64,000 nt of DNA from Schmidtea polychroa (Eukaryota), in contig CM097885.1 of the NCBI GenBank assembly GCA_044892525.1, positions 67,580,001 through 67,644,000 of the forward strand, in the 5' to 3' direction. Shown here in pieces: positions 26,701 to 37,410 of this stretch; the first letter of the stretch is position 1, and each line of letters opens with the position of its first letter. A program made the position numbers and the translations under genes. The notes beneath the pieces were generated by a model. It did no database searches, was not told where the DNA came from, and saw only the letters and a program-made list of their open reading frames with translations.

Positions 26701-29700
26701 TTTGACGAATTTACTGAATAGTTGCATGGATTTCTTTCGGCTAACCTAGATGTTAAAAAGTTCACGAAGACGACTAAATGAAGTTATAGGGTGACGCCCT
26801 CAATCACTATGTGAATTCTCAAAAATACTTTCGTTCAGTTATACATCTATCCTGTCGATCACTGTCTGGCTATCATTTTTCTAGAATACTCTGTTTATAC
26901 AATTTAGTCGCATCTTCAGCAATTGGACCCGTGAAGAAGCCTTCACATTTCGGCCCAATCTAGCTGCGTGATTGAAATACTCCATGTCCACCGGCTGAGC
27001 TCCCGAAGGCACCTCACACCCTGACATGGAGTATCTCAACTCCACGTTACTCAACAAATAAAAATTCATAAAATATTTAATGCAATCAATAAAACATAGA
27101 AATCTAGATAAAAATTATTTATTAATTCTATGATACTCAGACATGTAAATTTTATTAAACATTAAAAATTACTAAATGTGGAATCAAATGAAGAGTTGTT
27201 TAATAAAGAATTTACTATAATTCAGTCTTCATAATTACTTTAATGTAAACTAAAATTCTAAACAAAAGTTCGGCTTACCAATATACTAGATGCTGAGCTG
27301 AGTCAAAAATTCAAATCGAATGTTCCTGAAAATTAGGCTGTTCGCTGTAAATCTGGATAGTTCTCAAATGTTGTCTCGGTTCCTCGTAGTTTTCTGTAAG
27401 TAGTTGCTGTCGTCGGTAAAGTGTTTGAGTTAACTGTGATCTATTGAATGTTGGAATTAACGGTATTTCTAATAAATTCGCTTACCTATTGAATGTTGAA
27501 ATTAACGGTAAGTTTATGATTTTTATGTTTGCTTATATAGTAAATTCTGGTGTATGCGGACCAATCAGAATTGAGTACCGCTTATTTTCTTAATTTAATT
27601 TATTTTTTCCTGTTTTCTGGTTATTTTTCCTTCCTTTCTTATTTTTATTATATTTTTTATTTATTTCTTTAATTGACTCATTATTTGTTGCATTTTCCAG
27701 TATTTTGTTCGTCATTCTATTGTCTTATTTTAATTTTTCTTATTTTTATTTTGTTTTAATTCTTATTTTCTAATTATTGTTTCTCTTATTTCTTATTCTA
27801 TTTATTCCTGAATTTATTTATTTTATTTTTAATTTCCTTTAATATCTTACTGTCTCAATGTCTATATTTTTGAAAGTTAAGTTTTTTGACTCAGCCCAAC
27901 AATACGTATGCGAACAAACGTTCTCTGTTATGAACATGAACAAGTCGAAGCAATGTAACCGCCTTTCAAATACTAAATTACATTCAATTCTACGTTTGGG
28001 AACAACAAACTTGACACCAAATATTTTAAAAATTGTTAATAAAAAACAATGTCATATTGCTCAAAAAAAAAATTAAATTAATTATTTCAACTAAATTAAA
28101 ATGCATTTTTTGTATATAGAAACCGGGTTATAATTTAAAATTTTACAGATTAGGTGTTTTTTTCTAAATGTGGCCTTCATAGAATGTATTATTAGAAAAT
28201 GTGGCACCCATACTGAAAAGTCTGTGCATCCCTGCTGTAGATAATCTACAAAGGCAACTGAATGATTTATGGTATGATATATATAGCCATAATCACTAAG
28301 TCCTGTATAACCTCATCAGTTGTCAGTCATGATGGTAGCTCCAGTTAAGACATTTGCTTAGATGAATTCTAAACACGTCGCACAACTTTTATTACGTACA
28401 AACATCCACCTAACTTGTTTTGTGCGCCTGCAGATCACACCAATTATCCAATATCTTTTCCCGGCTAGGATCCTAACTATTCCATCTCGTCTTCACACCA
28501 CGTGAGTTTCATCAATTTCAGCAATCTCACTTGGTCCACCAATTTTCCGAGCGGTTCAGTTACATAAACTGTATCCATACATAAGAGAAACTTGTTAATA
28601 AAGTTATTCAAGCTCTTTTCACCGTGCTGTACTTACAATAATAACTGTGAAATTGGCAATAGCATAGCCCTTAAATACATGATTCGTAGGCATTTGCTTA
28701 ATGGCATGTAATTTCCTTCAAAAATACTATTCTTAAAAATAGATTCTGATGAGCGGCAACTTCTACTAGAGCGCCATCTCCCATTTATTCCGTGTAGAAT
28801 ATTACCATATCATAAGCTCCTGTTTCTTCCACAAACATCACAGTAATTTACACGTCATATCAGCCCCTCTTCTAGTAAAAATTGGAGTGAATCTCTTCAT
28901 TCATTGTAAGCTCTGTCAACTCAAAATATTCATTGTAAAGGTTTGAAAAAATGAGTAAAATAACCAACTTTTATATGTTTTAATGTTTTTATTTTTTGCC
29001 ACCCCCAAAACCCGTGTCATACCAAAAAATTTAATAAAGAAAGAACACTTTAATGAGAGCAATGAGTTTGCTTTAAGACTTAATACTAAATGTTAGAAAC
29101 CAATTTTGCTAAGCTTAAATTTCTGTCACTGGGCTGAAAAATACAACAAGTTCATAGTCACAAAATGATAGAGTAATATTTTGGATGTTGGTGTAACCTG
29201 GAACCTAGATCTAGACTAGAGGTTTTTAATCTTTTTTAGTAGCGTAGTAAAATTATAAAATTCTAGAAATTATTTTGAGTTGTTACAAAAAAAATTTCAG
29301 AAATTGTAAAATTTTAAAGAACCATTTGGAACTTGTCGAGAAACCCTTGAGCTCCGTAGAGCACACATTGAAAACCAGTTATATTTGTTTTATTTTTAAC
29401 AATATTGGTAAATAGTTGAATGAAAAATTAATATGAAGGAAAAATGATCTATTATTGTATATTTCTAGTTGTACTGTCGTGTAATGACCATTTTCAATTA
29501 AAATTAATTAATCTCTACATTTTATTCGGTTATTTATAATGTTTCGCTAATCCTGACATTTAAATAAAATCGATTTCTTGCAATCAGAAATTGTTTTGAA
29601 TAAAGAGTTAAAAGGCGCCATAGTTCGATTTATACTAGAATTTGGTACGACTTTAGTATTAAACGTCAAACAATCGGATTTGATTCAATGCCACAATTTC

Positions 29701-32700
29701 TGGTTTTTGTAGAATTGTATAGTTAATAATTAAAATTCATGAAACAGAGATTGTTGAAACCAATTTAACCTTTTAGATGCGAGATGCGAATAAGCCCTAA
29801 TACTATTGAATATGCCTTTGTATCTACTTTTAACAAACCTTCGACGAAATATTTAATATATACTGAATATACTCATTTGGTCGTTCTACACGTCTTCAAA
29901 CTTTCAAATCGCAATTATTTTTTTTTACAGATAATTGACACATTTCCTGAATTTTTTATCAAATTTAATTCTGCGCTTAAACAAGTAGATTATTAATTCA
30001 TATGAACGATAATAATTCATTATCGTGATTAATTCTCAATACATGTTTTAAAACAATTAATAAAACATATCTGTATTAAATATATCGTATTTAGGAATTT
30101 CTTAGTATACTTTGATCTTAAATGACTTGAATATTTCAATGTTGAATTTTCTGTTAATTCGCTACCTTTGTGAAGCAATTTTAACCCTCTATAATTATTA
30201 AGTTCATTATTATCAATTATAACGCTCCTTTGATAACAGTGGTCTAGAATGTATTTGTAAAATTTTAATAACTTTTTGATATTCACTTTATTTTAATTGT
30301 TACAAAAACTCAAAAATTAATTCTATGCAACACAACTTTTTGATCTTTTGTCAGAATAAAAATAAATGAAATATCAAAAAAGACCAGATCCAAGCTGTAA
30401 TATTGTAACAATGTTTAGATTATATTTTCGCTTGGATCAAATAAAACTAAACGTCATTTAAATGAAGATGAAATATATTTCAATAACATTGTCGTCATCG
30501 TTATACATTATATACATTTATCTATTAATAAACAATTTTTAGTCTTAAATAAAAGAGATAATATTGCAACCCTAAATAAATCAATTATCTTCAATAAATT
30601 TTTTGTTTAATAAAATCTTTTATCTTCGCTATTGATTCTTTTTTTAATTTCTTTTATCCTAATTTCTCTTTTAGACTATCGATCAATATTTTGTTTTATA
30701 TTTACCGATTGTCTAATAAAAAGATATTGACACTTAATTATTAATGTTTCACATGAATTTCTTTCCCAACAGTTATCTATTATTCCATTATGATTTTAAC
30801 TATACGGAATAATACTGTTCACACTTATCATATGAACTGGTTCAGAGATGATTGCAGTGTGTATGTTAAGATAAAAAGTAGGGGTGATGAATCAATTCTT
30901 CCTATTTCTTACTAATTTCTTTCATTTTTAATCCGCTGTCGGTGGGCCTTGTAACAACAGTGCCGAGACAACCTCCTATGAAGGCAAATTTTATATGGTA
31001 TAGTGATTTTCTAGAGGTTGTTTGTTTTTTGAAAAAAAATTAAATATATAATATATAATTAATTCAGTAAAAATCTTGAAAATTTAATTTAAATGAATTT
31101 AACACTCAACTATACATTAAAAAAATTACAAAACTAAATTCAATATTAAAACAAACATTTAATATGAATTAATTACATATTAAATATTTAATTTTTTTTT
31201 CAAATAAAAAACAACCACTAAAGATTAATTATAATGATCGAGAAAAGTATGATGTATTTATGACGTTTATTGTTTTTACCGACCAAACATAATTTATTTA
31301 ATATCTACATTAGCACCAAAAAACTGCTTCACTGGCACTACTATAAAATATTTTTATACGATGATAATAATGTGCTTACCCTTTTACCAGTCCAACCATT
31401 AATGTTAAAGATAGGCTAGCTAGGTGTCGTTTTTTTACGTGCATGCCATTTGATAATTTTTTTATTTATATTTTTTTTTATTTTTTGGAAACATTAAAAA
31501 ATGTTACATGCCAATTTTGCGCCCCTTTCAGATGTGCGCCCTGTGCGTCTGCACCGCGCGCACCACTCTTGGTAAGGCCCTGGTGATGATTTCAGTACTA
31601 CAAATTAGTCTGATTCCTATAAATAGTAAATTTACATGTAGATTATTATGTGATTATTAACCTATTTATAATTTCTGAGGTATATTTCTGTGTTATTCAT
31701 CTTCTTGTATATTTTGATGACGACATTTAGATTATCAATGAAATACGATTTAACCTCCCCAAATATTAATTATAATATTTATTAAAGCCCTCTTGGGCTA
31801 ATTTGTTTTTATTCTTGACTATGAAATGCATCCATAATTATTTATCTATATTTATAATACGCACAACATACAAGGTAACATAGCAGGCTGTATGTAACTT
31901 TTCATTTGTAAAAATATTAAAATAAGTAAATTAATTAGCTAAATTAGGTTGTAATTTGAATATGAAAAACATTTGTAGCATGACTACATAAAACATTATT
32001 AATGAAAAATATTTATAGTTATAAATTAAATTTTAAATAATTTTATTATTAATTAGACAAAAATAAATTCTATTTTGTCATCGTGAATAAGTAAAAATGT
32101 CTTAACACGTCATATTTTCGTTACTCAGCCGCCTAAAGCAGAATCTTTCTCAACATACCTCAGTATTCATTCTCTCCATTACCGTACTATTCGTTTGTCT
32201 TATTCTATAATCATGTGTTTTATTTTATGGTTTGCTCGGTTTCCTTCAAAACTTTAACTTTTTAACTTTAACATTACATTTAATTTACTTTCATCATTTT
32301 AAATTATATTTATTATATCGGGTGTAATTATTCTAATTTGTGGTGTCTGTTTTTTATATAATGGGTGTAGACATTTCGTTATCTTACTTGACATTGTGAG
32401 TTATCTTTGACATTTTGAGTGAACGATTTTTTTAGTTCTATTTCCTATTAGTTTTATTTGCCAGATTTTGAAAACATCATGCCGGGAGTAACGAAAAAAA
32501 AATATTTCGACTGGTCTTTTTTTAGTTTATTTTTTTTATACAGAAATTAACAAGATACATAATTCAAATGCTATTGAACAAAAAAAATTAAATCAANNNN
32601 NNNNNNNNNNNNNNNNNNNNNNNNNNNNNNNNNNNNNNNNNNNNNNNNNNNNNNNNNNNNNNNNNNNNNNNNNNNNNNNNNNNNNNNNNNNNNNNNNNNN

Positions 32701-35700
32701 NNNNNNNNNNNNNNNNNNNNNNNNNNNNAAAAAATTTTATAATATTTTTCAGAATCTTAATATTTTTCAGATCTGGCAGCGTTTTTTATAATTAGTTGAG
32801 CATTTTCTGTTTTGAGAAATTCAATAAATTCTTTACAGGACATTTTAAAATTTTCTTTTACCATTAATTCTGCTTCAAGGTTTTGCAACAACAATTTATT
32901 TCGTTCCTTGCACCAAGCGGTTGTCATCAGGCTAAATATCCTTTCGGAAGTTGTATTGGTTTGAGGAATAGAAAAAATAATGCATACTATTTTATATAAA
33001 TTTGCTGAGTTTTCATGAACTTTAAAGAATTTTATTCATTTTTCATCAGGTAATAATGTGTTCAGTTTTTCTCTTTCTGTATTTATAAAATAATTTAATT
33101 TATGAATTTCTTCGAATAAAATATCTTTATCAATATTGCAAATATTAAATTTTTCAATTATTACTTCTATTTTATTATATTGAATTGATTCTTTTAAACT
33201 TAGTGGTTTTAAGATTTCGAATTTATTATTTTCGAAATTAAACCATTTTTGCAAATAAGTTATTGCCACATTGAAAAATGAATTTGCTTCTATTTCAAAT
33301 CTTTTTATGGCAGAATCATTATCACATTTTTGTAATATTGTTCTTGTGATTGAGCCGTAAAATTGTTGCTCTTTTCTGTTGATTAACGATTGTCTGACTT
33401 CATCCATTATATCATATATATCTATTATAAGAACGTTGTTGGTTTGTAACTTTTTAAAGCGGGCTGAAATATTGAAAATGTGTTAATAATAAATCCTAGA
33501 TAAGCTATAGAAAGCTCATCTTCAAAAAATAATCGTATTCCAACAGATATTGAATTTTGAGACAAAAAATATGATTTAATTGGTTCAAAATTTTTCAATA
33601 ACCTTTCAACAGCAGGTAAAAGGCTTAGCCATCGAGTTGGAACGTGGCGTAAGATTTCCGGCCATTCTACTTAGGCCCATTTAAAAAAATCTTTTAATGT
33701 AGTGGTTTTTTTGTTGACGAGCTAAACTCGTTATAAATTTTTATGACTATTGAATCAATATCAATTTTCAGTTGGGTTGCGGCTTTTTTCGCAGTGTTGT
33801 GCAGAATATGACTATTACATCCAATCGGAATAATTTTAGAATTAGCTTTTTTTAATTCCGTAAAAACACTCTGGTTTTTTACGAAATTCACCGCTGCATT
33901 ATCCGCACAAAGAGATGATAAATTTTTAATATTTAAACTGTTTCATTCCAATTTATTCTTTATAGAATCTGCTATGTTAACTGAACGTTCACTATCTAGT
34001 GAATAAAAAGACAGCAGAACATTTTGTATACCTTTTTCTTTGGTAAAATATCGCAAGACTATAGGAAATGTTTTAACATTTCCTTTATTCGAAGCATCGG
34101 TACTCACAGAAAATGGAATATCACCTTTCAACTGTTCTAAAATTCTTCTTTTCGATTCCGGGGCCAAAACATTACAAACAATTTTGGATATTTTGGTTCT
34201 TCCACAGCTGTACTTTCTTGCTATATTTGAATCAGAAAGCAAACCTGAAAATATTGAACCCGCACAATCACTAGCTAAAAAGCTGCGTGAATGCATGATG
34301 GTATGATAGCAAAAAGCCACTTCTGCTGATGTAACAAGTTCTTCTTCTTTGCTGCTTTTTTTACAAAATAACGTAGTCAATTTTTTTGAATTTGCTGATG
34401 CAGCTATGTTGGATCGATGACCAACCGTTTTAAAGTGTCTTTTAATATCATTTTCACCACCATGTGATATAGAAATTTTTAAATTATTACACACTGTACA
34501 AGTAATGTGATGATCACCACATTGTCGAATCCAGTCATATGACTTCGTCCATTTCGGATTAAATTTTACTGTATACTTCACTTTTTTTATATTTCCTCTG
34601 TTTTCGTCAGAATCAATGCATTCCAAATCCGAATCAGACATTTTTAGGCAATAATTAGTACGTCTTATTAAAAAACGAAAACCATTACAAAATTCAATAT
34701 TAATATATTAAGTTTTTGAGATTTATTTTAATTTTATTCAATATAAATTATATTTAGCTTCCTATCCTAATTGTATGATTGTATCACTTAATTTATTTAA
34801 TATTTTGTTCCAAACGACCATTTTAATTAATTTAGATTTTTAGAATACACAAACTATAAGTAAATTTTGACATCAGAACAATACTTATAGGCAAAACACA
34901 ATGCGCAAAATGTCAAAAAAAGTTCATTATTTTCACCCAATTGGCATTACTTCAAAATGTTAAGTGATGACAACTGCTGAAAAAACTTAATTTACAAATC
35001 GGGAGTTTTTGGAATGTATATCGGGAGTCGGGAAATATACTTTCATAACGGGAGACTCCCGACGAAATCGGGAGGTCTGGCAACCCTGCTCCAAGCGTGT
35101 CTTTAACTGATCCAGAAATAACACTTGACAACAGAAATTTTTATTGATAATCACAAATAATTTCCACCTTACACTAACAATCAATTCAACACTTTGCTCA
35201 GTCACTACAATGCTTATTTCAACACCCAGTAAGGAATAGCACGCGTGTACAACACCGGATTGAAAAATCACTAACTACTGATTGGTTTATCGACTGGGAC
35301 TTTAATTTGGTTGTTTTCTTTGACCTTCTTCGACAACTTTATTCAAATATTCCAATAACTTATTTTCGTTTGTTTCTCAGCTAATTCTTTTCTGAAAATC
35401 TCCAACAATTATTCTTTAACAAATCGTTTTCCAATAAATATTCGTCTCAATGACTCCCACAATTTCTCCGTTAGTTTTATCTCCTTTTCCCGTAGACTCT
35501 TGCCTCGTCTTCCGTTCGTTTTCGTCTAAATTTTCGTCTGTTATTTTGTTTGAATTTTTGTCCATTCCACGGCCAACAATTCCTTTTTATATAGCTCGTT
35601 TCATTTGTGGCACTAGAGATAATCTAATGTTTTCCACTTATCTTTCTCCCGCATTTCCCGACTGTTCCCATTTTATCTGTGACAGATGTTGAAATATGCT

Positions 35701-37410
35701 CTGTTTTCCCTTTTTGTATTGTGTCGACTTTTCCTGCCATTTCGATATCTTTGACAAGCTGTTTAGATACGGCTTTTCCCATGTTTTTGTTTTTCTGGAA
35801 TTTGAAATTCCTCCTTCGTTTACACTTATTAATTAACTATGACCTTTGTTTTCATTTCTTGTTTGTTTTCTTTTATCTGATTTATCTTTCTCATTTTTCA
35901 TTTCTTTTTACTTCCGTTTTCTCCGAGTTCCCATAGATCGTCCCGTTTGTCACGACGATCTTCCGCCAGGCAATTTTTTCGTTTATTGTATTATTTGTCA
36001 TTTAGGTATCCTCAACATAACTCCCCTTTTTAAAAAAAAATCGTCCTCGAAATAAATTAATTAAAAAAAACTAATGAAGATAAAACTTGTCGATACCCTA
36101 CTTCCCCCATGAAAACTACTATGGAGCTAAAATTTGGGTTAATTTAATTACAGCCATTATCGCCATATAATTTAATAAATAATACCTAACATTAATAATA
36201 ACGAGTAATAGTGCTACCATAATAATGATAATAGCAATTAATCATAAAAACAATAATAATAGTCTCTCTCTATATAAAATAGCTAAGGGTCCCCTCCATC
36301 CGAATTTTACTTTTCTTTTTTTAAATTTTTTTTATAAAGTATTTATTCTTTTGTACTTATCGTTCTATATTACTTAGAAACGGTTTACTCTATTACCTTT
36401 TATCATAATTATGTAAACATATTAATAAACTGAATCTTCTGTCCAAGAATACCCTGGATATTAACTTTAACATTAACCCCACGTTCTAACGGGGTTGGTG
36501 AAGCGAAGCGGACAGGGCAGAGCCCCTAGTATTTATAACAATAATAATTAATAATATTTATAATAATAATAATAAATTTGATATTCAAATTCCTCTTAGA
36601 GGAATATTTTAAGTGTAAGCACATTTGTGCTTTAAATGACTGTCCAGATAATGAGATTGTTCAGGACATTCTTTTAGCTGAAAAATACACAGGCCTCTAC
36701 TACTTGCATTTACTTTTTATTGTCCATATTTCTTTGAAACACTCAATTATCTGATAAAAGTCAGATGAATTATTTATCTTTAATCTGACTCACCTGCGGC
36801 TTATTTATTTTCGCTCGAATTTTCAAATATAAATGCCATACGTTCTCTTATAAAGTTTTGTTTTTATTTCATTTTCTCAATCAATTAATTCAACATAATT
36901 CAGTTTGTTTTAGAATCACTTTTTAAAATCGTTTTTACGCATTAGAATTATTCTGATTTAAAAATATTCAGCTTTGTATGAAACAAATATGACACTTTTT
37001 TAAATTTGTTTTTAAAACTTGGTAATTTCAAGGAATTCTCGGATTTATCATTGGAATGTTCATCAATATTACATCAGATTGCCAATTAAGAAACCTAAGG
37101 AAATCTAGCACAGATTTACAACGATATAAGATTCCGAAAGGATTTTTATTCGAATATGTGTCATGTGCCAACTATTTTGGTGAAATTGTTGAGTGGCTGA
37201 GTTACGCACTAGTTATGCAATCATTTGCTTCAATCGCTTTTGCCATGTTTAGTGTTTTCAATTTGCTTCCTCGAGCTCTTAGTCATCATAGGTAATAAGG
37301 ATTATTGTCATTCTTGATTTTATTTCCATTTATCAAATTACAGGTGGTACGTTGTAAAATTTGAGAATTATCCAAGAAATAGAAAGGCCATTATTCCATT
37401 TATTTTGTAA
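14792..37410 (+). CDS. SRD5A1: 3-oxo-5-alpha-steroid 4-dehydrogenase (SRD5A1/2 family); exons 14792-15096, 15145-15296, 37033-37291, 37344-37410
   Basis: The spliced product carries APYGRYS, HYFNRSLIYP, GMFINITSD.QLRNLRK, YKIPKGFLFEYVSCANYFGEIVEW and HHRWY..KFENYPRNRKAIIPFIL. All introns are GT-AG with consistent phase (48, 21736, 52 bp). SRD5A1 versus SRD5A2 orthology is not resolved. Confidence 0.92.
16107..16243 (-). ncRNA. Diverged copy of structured motif A (A5)
   Basis: Shares GTGTACC..ACAAC(G)AGTCATGTTGGT.CTG.ACAC, GCAGG.GA and CTTAC with the copy at 41330-41466 and the cores of A1-A3 (+ strand reading). Confidence 0.5.
16679..16843 (-). ncRNA. Conserved structured motif A (A1)
   Basis: Hairpin CGTGGA-GCAA-TCCACG on - (16710-16725), with a compensatory change relative to CGTGAA-GCAA-TTCACG in A2/A3. 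CAGTAAG/CTTACTG stem. The candidate reading frame is broken by stops in A1 and A2. Confidence 0.7.
17107..17856 (-). CDS. Orphan 249-aa protein, copy 1 (CxxC, coiled coil, Arg-rich motif, acidic C-terminus)
   Basis: Intact ORF, paralogous to 24431-25180 and 44140-44889. 3' splice site TTTCTTCGTTACAG 9 nt before the ATG (AG at 17866-17867). AATAAA at about 16972. Confidence 0.85.
   Translation of the reverse strand: MLSQNKSVLRPCFSCADKNAVIKDLQAQIGRYKRKIDELEGTWFSPVQMKEMQKKLHRSEHCRDALISESRSQRSLIKEQSEALHKVYVHATTTKKIVQIPIQEADNLFPVHHDTSAKTSSPFKRSCPECVEAELSPGCQDVIVIGTSKAQPNVPPASTQPQGNRPIAKPKRRQPTRTERKRRQRERASVVSSNPPAGDPITTTNSHLSIDLTTGVPARIIAATGVTWEENASEFFDLDELLKDTEWEK
19575..19812 (-). ncRNA. Conserved structured motif B (B1)
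   Basis: GAGGTGCC-TTCG-GGAGCTC on - (cUUCGg loop). TCAATCAC/GTGATTGA long-range complement. Conserved in units 2 and 3. Confidence 0.7.
20072..20676 (-). promoter_or_regulatory. ~600-bp IR-bounded promoter module of unit 1 (CCAAT + TATA)
   Basis: Inverted repeats TGTGAGCTGAGTCGAAAA (20072-20089) / TTTTCGACTCAGCCCAACA (20658-20676). CGGACCAATCAGA at about 20287-20299 and TATATATA at about 20262-20269 in an order that drives the - strand. Candidate donor GTAAG at 20046-20050. Confidence 0.7.
20939..21499 (-). CDS. Diverged, N-terminally shorter member of the orphan ORF family (186 aa)
   Basis: EVPVADRTKIFPEHH ~ QIPIQEADNLFPVHH. KPKGKSLTRAERSKRK ~ KPKRRQLSRAERKRKQ. GTPWIEENLPKFDIDHLLREAE ~ GVTWEENASEFFDLDELLKDTE. 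Confidence 0.65.
   Translation of the reverse strand: MEHTCTYSSQAPPQYSESELRKRILEVPVADRTKIFPEHHHPEGPSPPKQTICLNHGEISTPSSFHEVIYIKTIHEPIKSTVPRNSPVLVVPTTKPKGKSLTRAERSKRKGGKQAEVGAVMVDNHEKATAEFLATKPQSFHVIPVVGTPWIEENLPKFDIDHLLREAENISLISLNSYSDLSFTLL
21521..21647. promoter_or_regulatory. Cluster of AP-1/CRE sites with GC box and CCAAT
   Basis: TGACTCA at 21522, 21586, 21600 and 21627. TGACGTCA at 21574. CCGCCC at 21551. CCAAT at 21559. Directly upstream of ORF 20939-21499. Confidence 0.6.
22574..22704. repeat. ~130-bp direct repeat; second copy at 29116-29249
   Basis: Near-identical sequence (TAAATTTCTGTCACTGGG...AGCGTAGTA) on both sides of the Merlin/hAT/unit-2 nest. Confidence 0.9.
23980..24142 (-). 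ncRNA. Conserved structured motif A (A2)
   Basis: CGTGAA-GCAA-TTCACG hairpin on - (24011-24026), closed by CCAAC/GTTGG. CAGTAAG/CTTACTG stem. Confidence 0.7.
24431..25180 (-). CDS. Orphan 249-aa protein, copy 2
   Basis: The likely start is the ATG at 25180 (MIPTAKP), not 25219. This gives exactly 249 aa like copies 1 and 3 and follows the acceptor TTACCTTTATAG (AG at 25186-25187). AATAAA at about 24281. Confidence 0.85.
   Translation of the reverse strand: MIPTAKPALRPCFSCSDKNAIIKDLQTQIGRYKKRIDELEGTWFSPAQMKEAQKKLYRSEHCRDALISESRSQRSLIKEQSEALHKVYLQAATTRKIVKIPINEADNLFPAHHDTSSTSSPPPKKSCRGCVETQLSPKQPDIIYVGTSQAPPAIASVSTVPQSNPSTSKPKRRQLSRAERKKKQRERITAKQHVQPTELISEASVPSVTTDPTSGISGRIISAAGVTWEENASEFFDLEELLAATEWEK
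26798..27052 (-). ncRNA. Conserved structured motif B (B2)
   Basis: Perfect 12-bp stem ATACTCCATGTC (26977-26988) / GACATGGAGTAT (27023-27034) enclosing the cUUCGg hairpin. Confidence 0.72.
27291..27901 (-). promoter_or_regulatory. IR-bounded promoter module of unit 2
   Basis: GCTGAGTCAAAAA / TTTTTGACTCAGC inverted repeats. CGGACCAATCAGA at about 27557-27569. TATATAAG on - at about 27532-27539. Candidate donors at about 27274-27278 and 27481-27486. Confidence 0.7.
32745..35088 (-). mobile_element. hAT transposon (ZNF862/DUF4371-like), degenerate
   Basis: ORF 33943-34641 has a BED-like C2H2 (CTVC...RHFKTVGH) and FSVSTDASN; further pieces include GCNSHILHN and TRWLSLL. One TIR CAGGGTTGCCAG at 35077-35088. 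The other end is unclear, near the gap. Confidence 0.85.
35099..36031 (-). mobile_element. Probable 3' LTR remnant of another LTR family with PPT
   Basis: On -: purine tract AAAAAGGGGAGTTA then TGTTGAGG at 36017. A-rich U3-like region, TATATAAAA at about 35590, AATAAA at about 35143. The far end is uncertain. Confidence 0.45.
36263..36529 (+). mobile_element. Short non-autonomous Helitron-like element
   Basis: 5' TC(TC)nTATATAAAA. 3' GC-rich hairpin-forming tract followed by CTAG|T. Confidence 0.5.

Larger units (their letters stand above)
23876..27901 (-). mobile_element. 4.0-kb TG...CA unit 2 (candidate giant solo LTR)
   Basis: Starts TGCTGGGG, ends CCCAACA. Perfect 4-bp TSD ATAC (23872-23875, 27902-27905), confirmed by reconstitution of the interrupted transposase codons. 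Confidence 0.92.
22994..28234 (+). mobile_element. hAT (Charlie/SPIN, GTF2IRD2-like) element with internal deletion, interrupted by unit 2
   Basis: TIRs CAGGGATGCACA / TGTGCATCCCTG. Perfect 8-bp TSD CTGTAGAT. Transposase C-terminus at 23298-23875 and 27902-28076; removing unit 2 and one ATAC copy restores FGSTYVCEQTFS. Confidence 0.92.
22705..29115 (-). mobile_element. Merlin (IS1016/ISXO2-like) DNA transposon remnant, split by a hAT insertion
   Basis: At 28243-28920 (-): KIGGPSEIAEIDETH, WIIGVIC, TIMTDNW.GY. The C-terminal HIHTQSNERFYRIVK continues left of the hAT at about 22850-22993. Ends are approximate. Confidence 0.75.

Noticed and set aside
30940-31582. GC-rich hAT-like end (…GGTAAGGCCCTG) with a possible partner near 30945-30960
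   Set aside because: No convincing TIR pair or 8-bp TSD.
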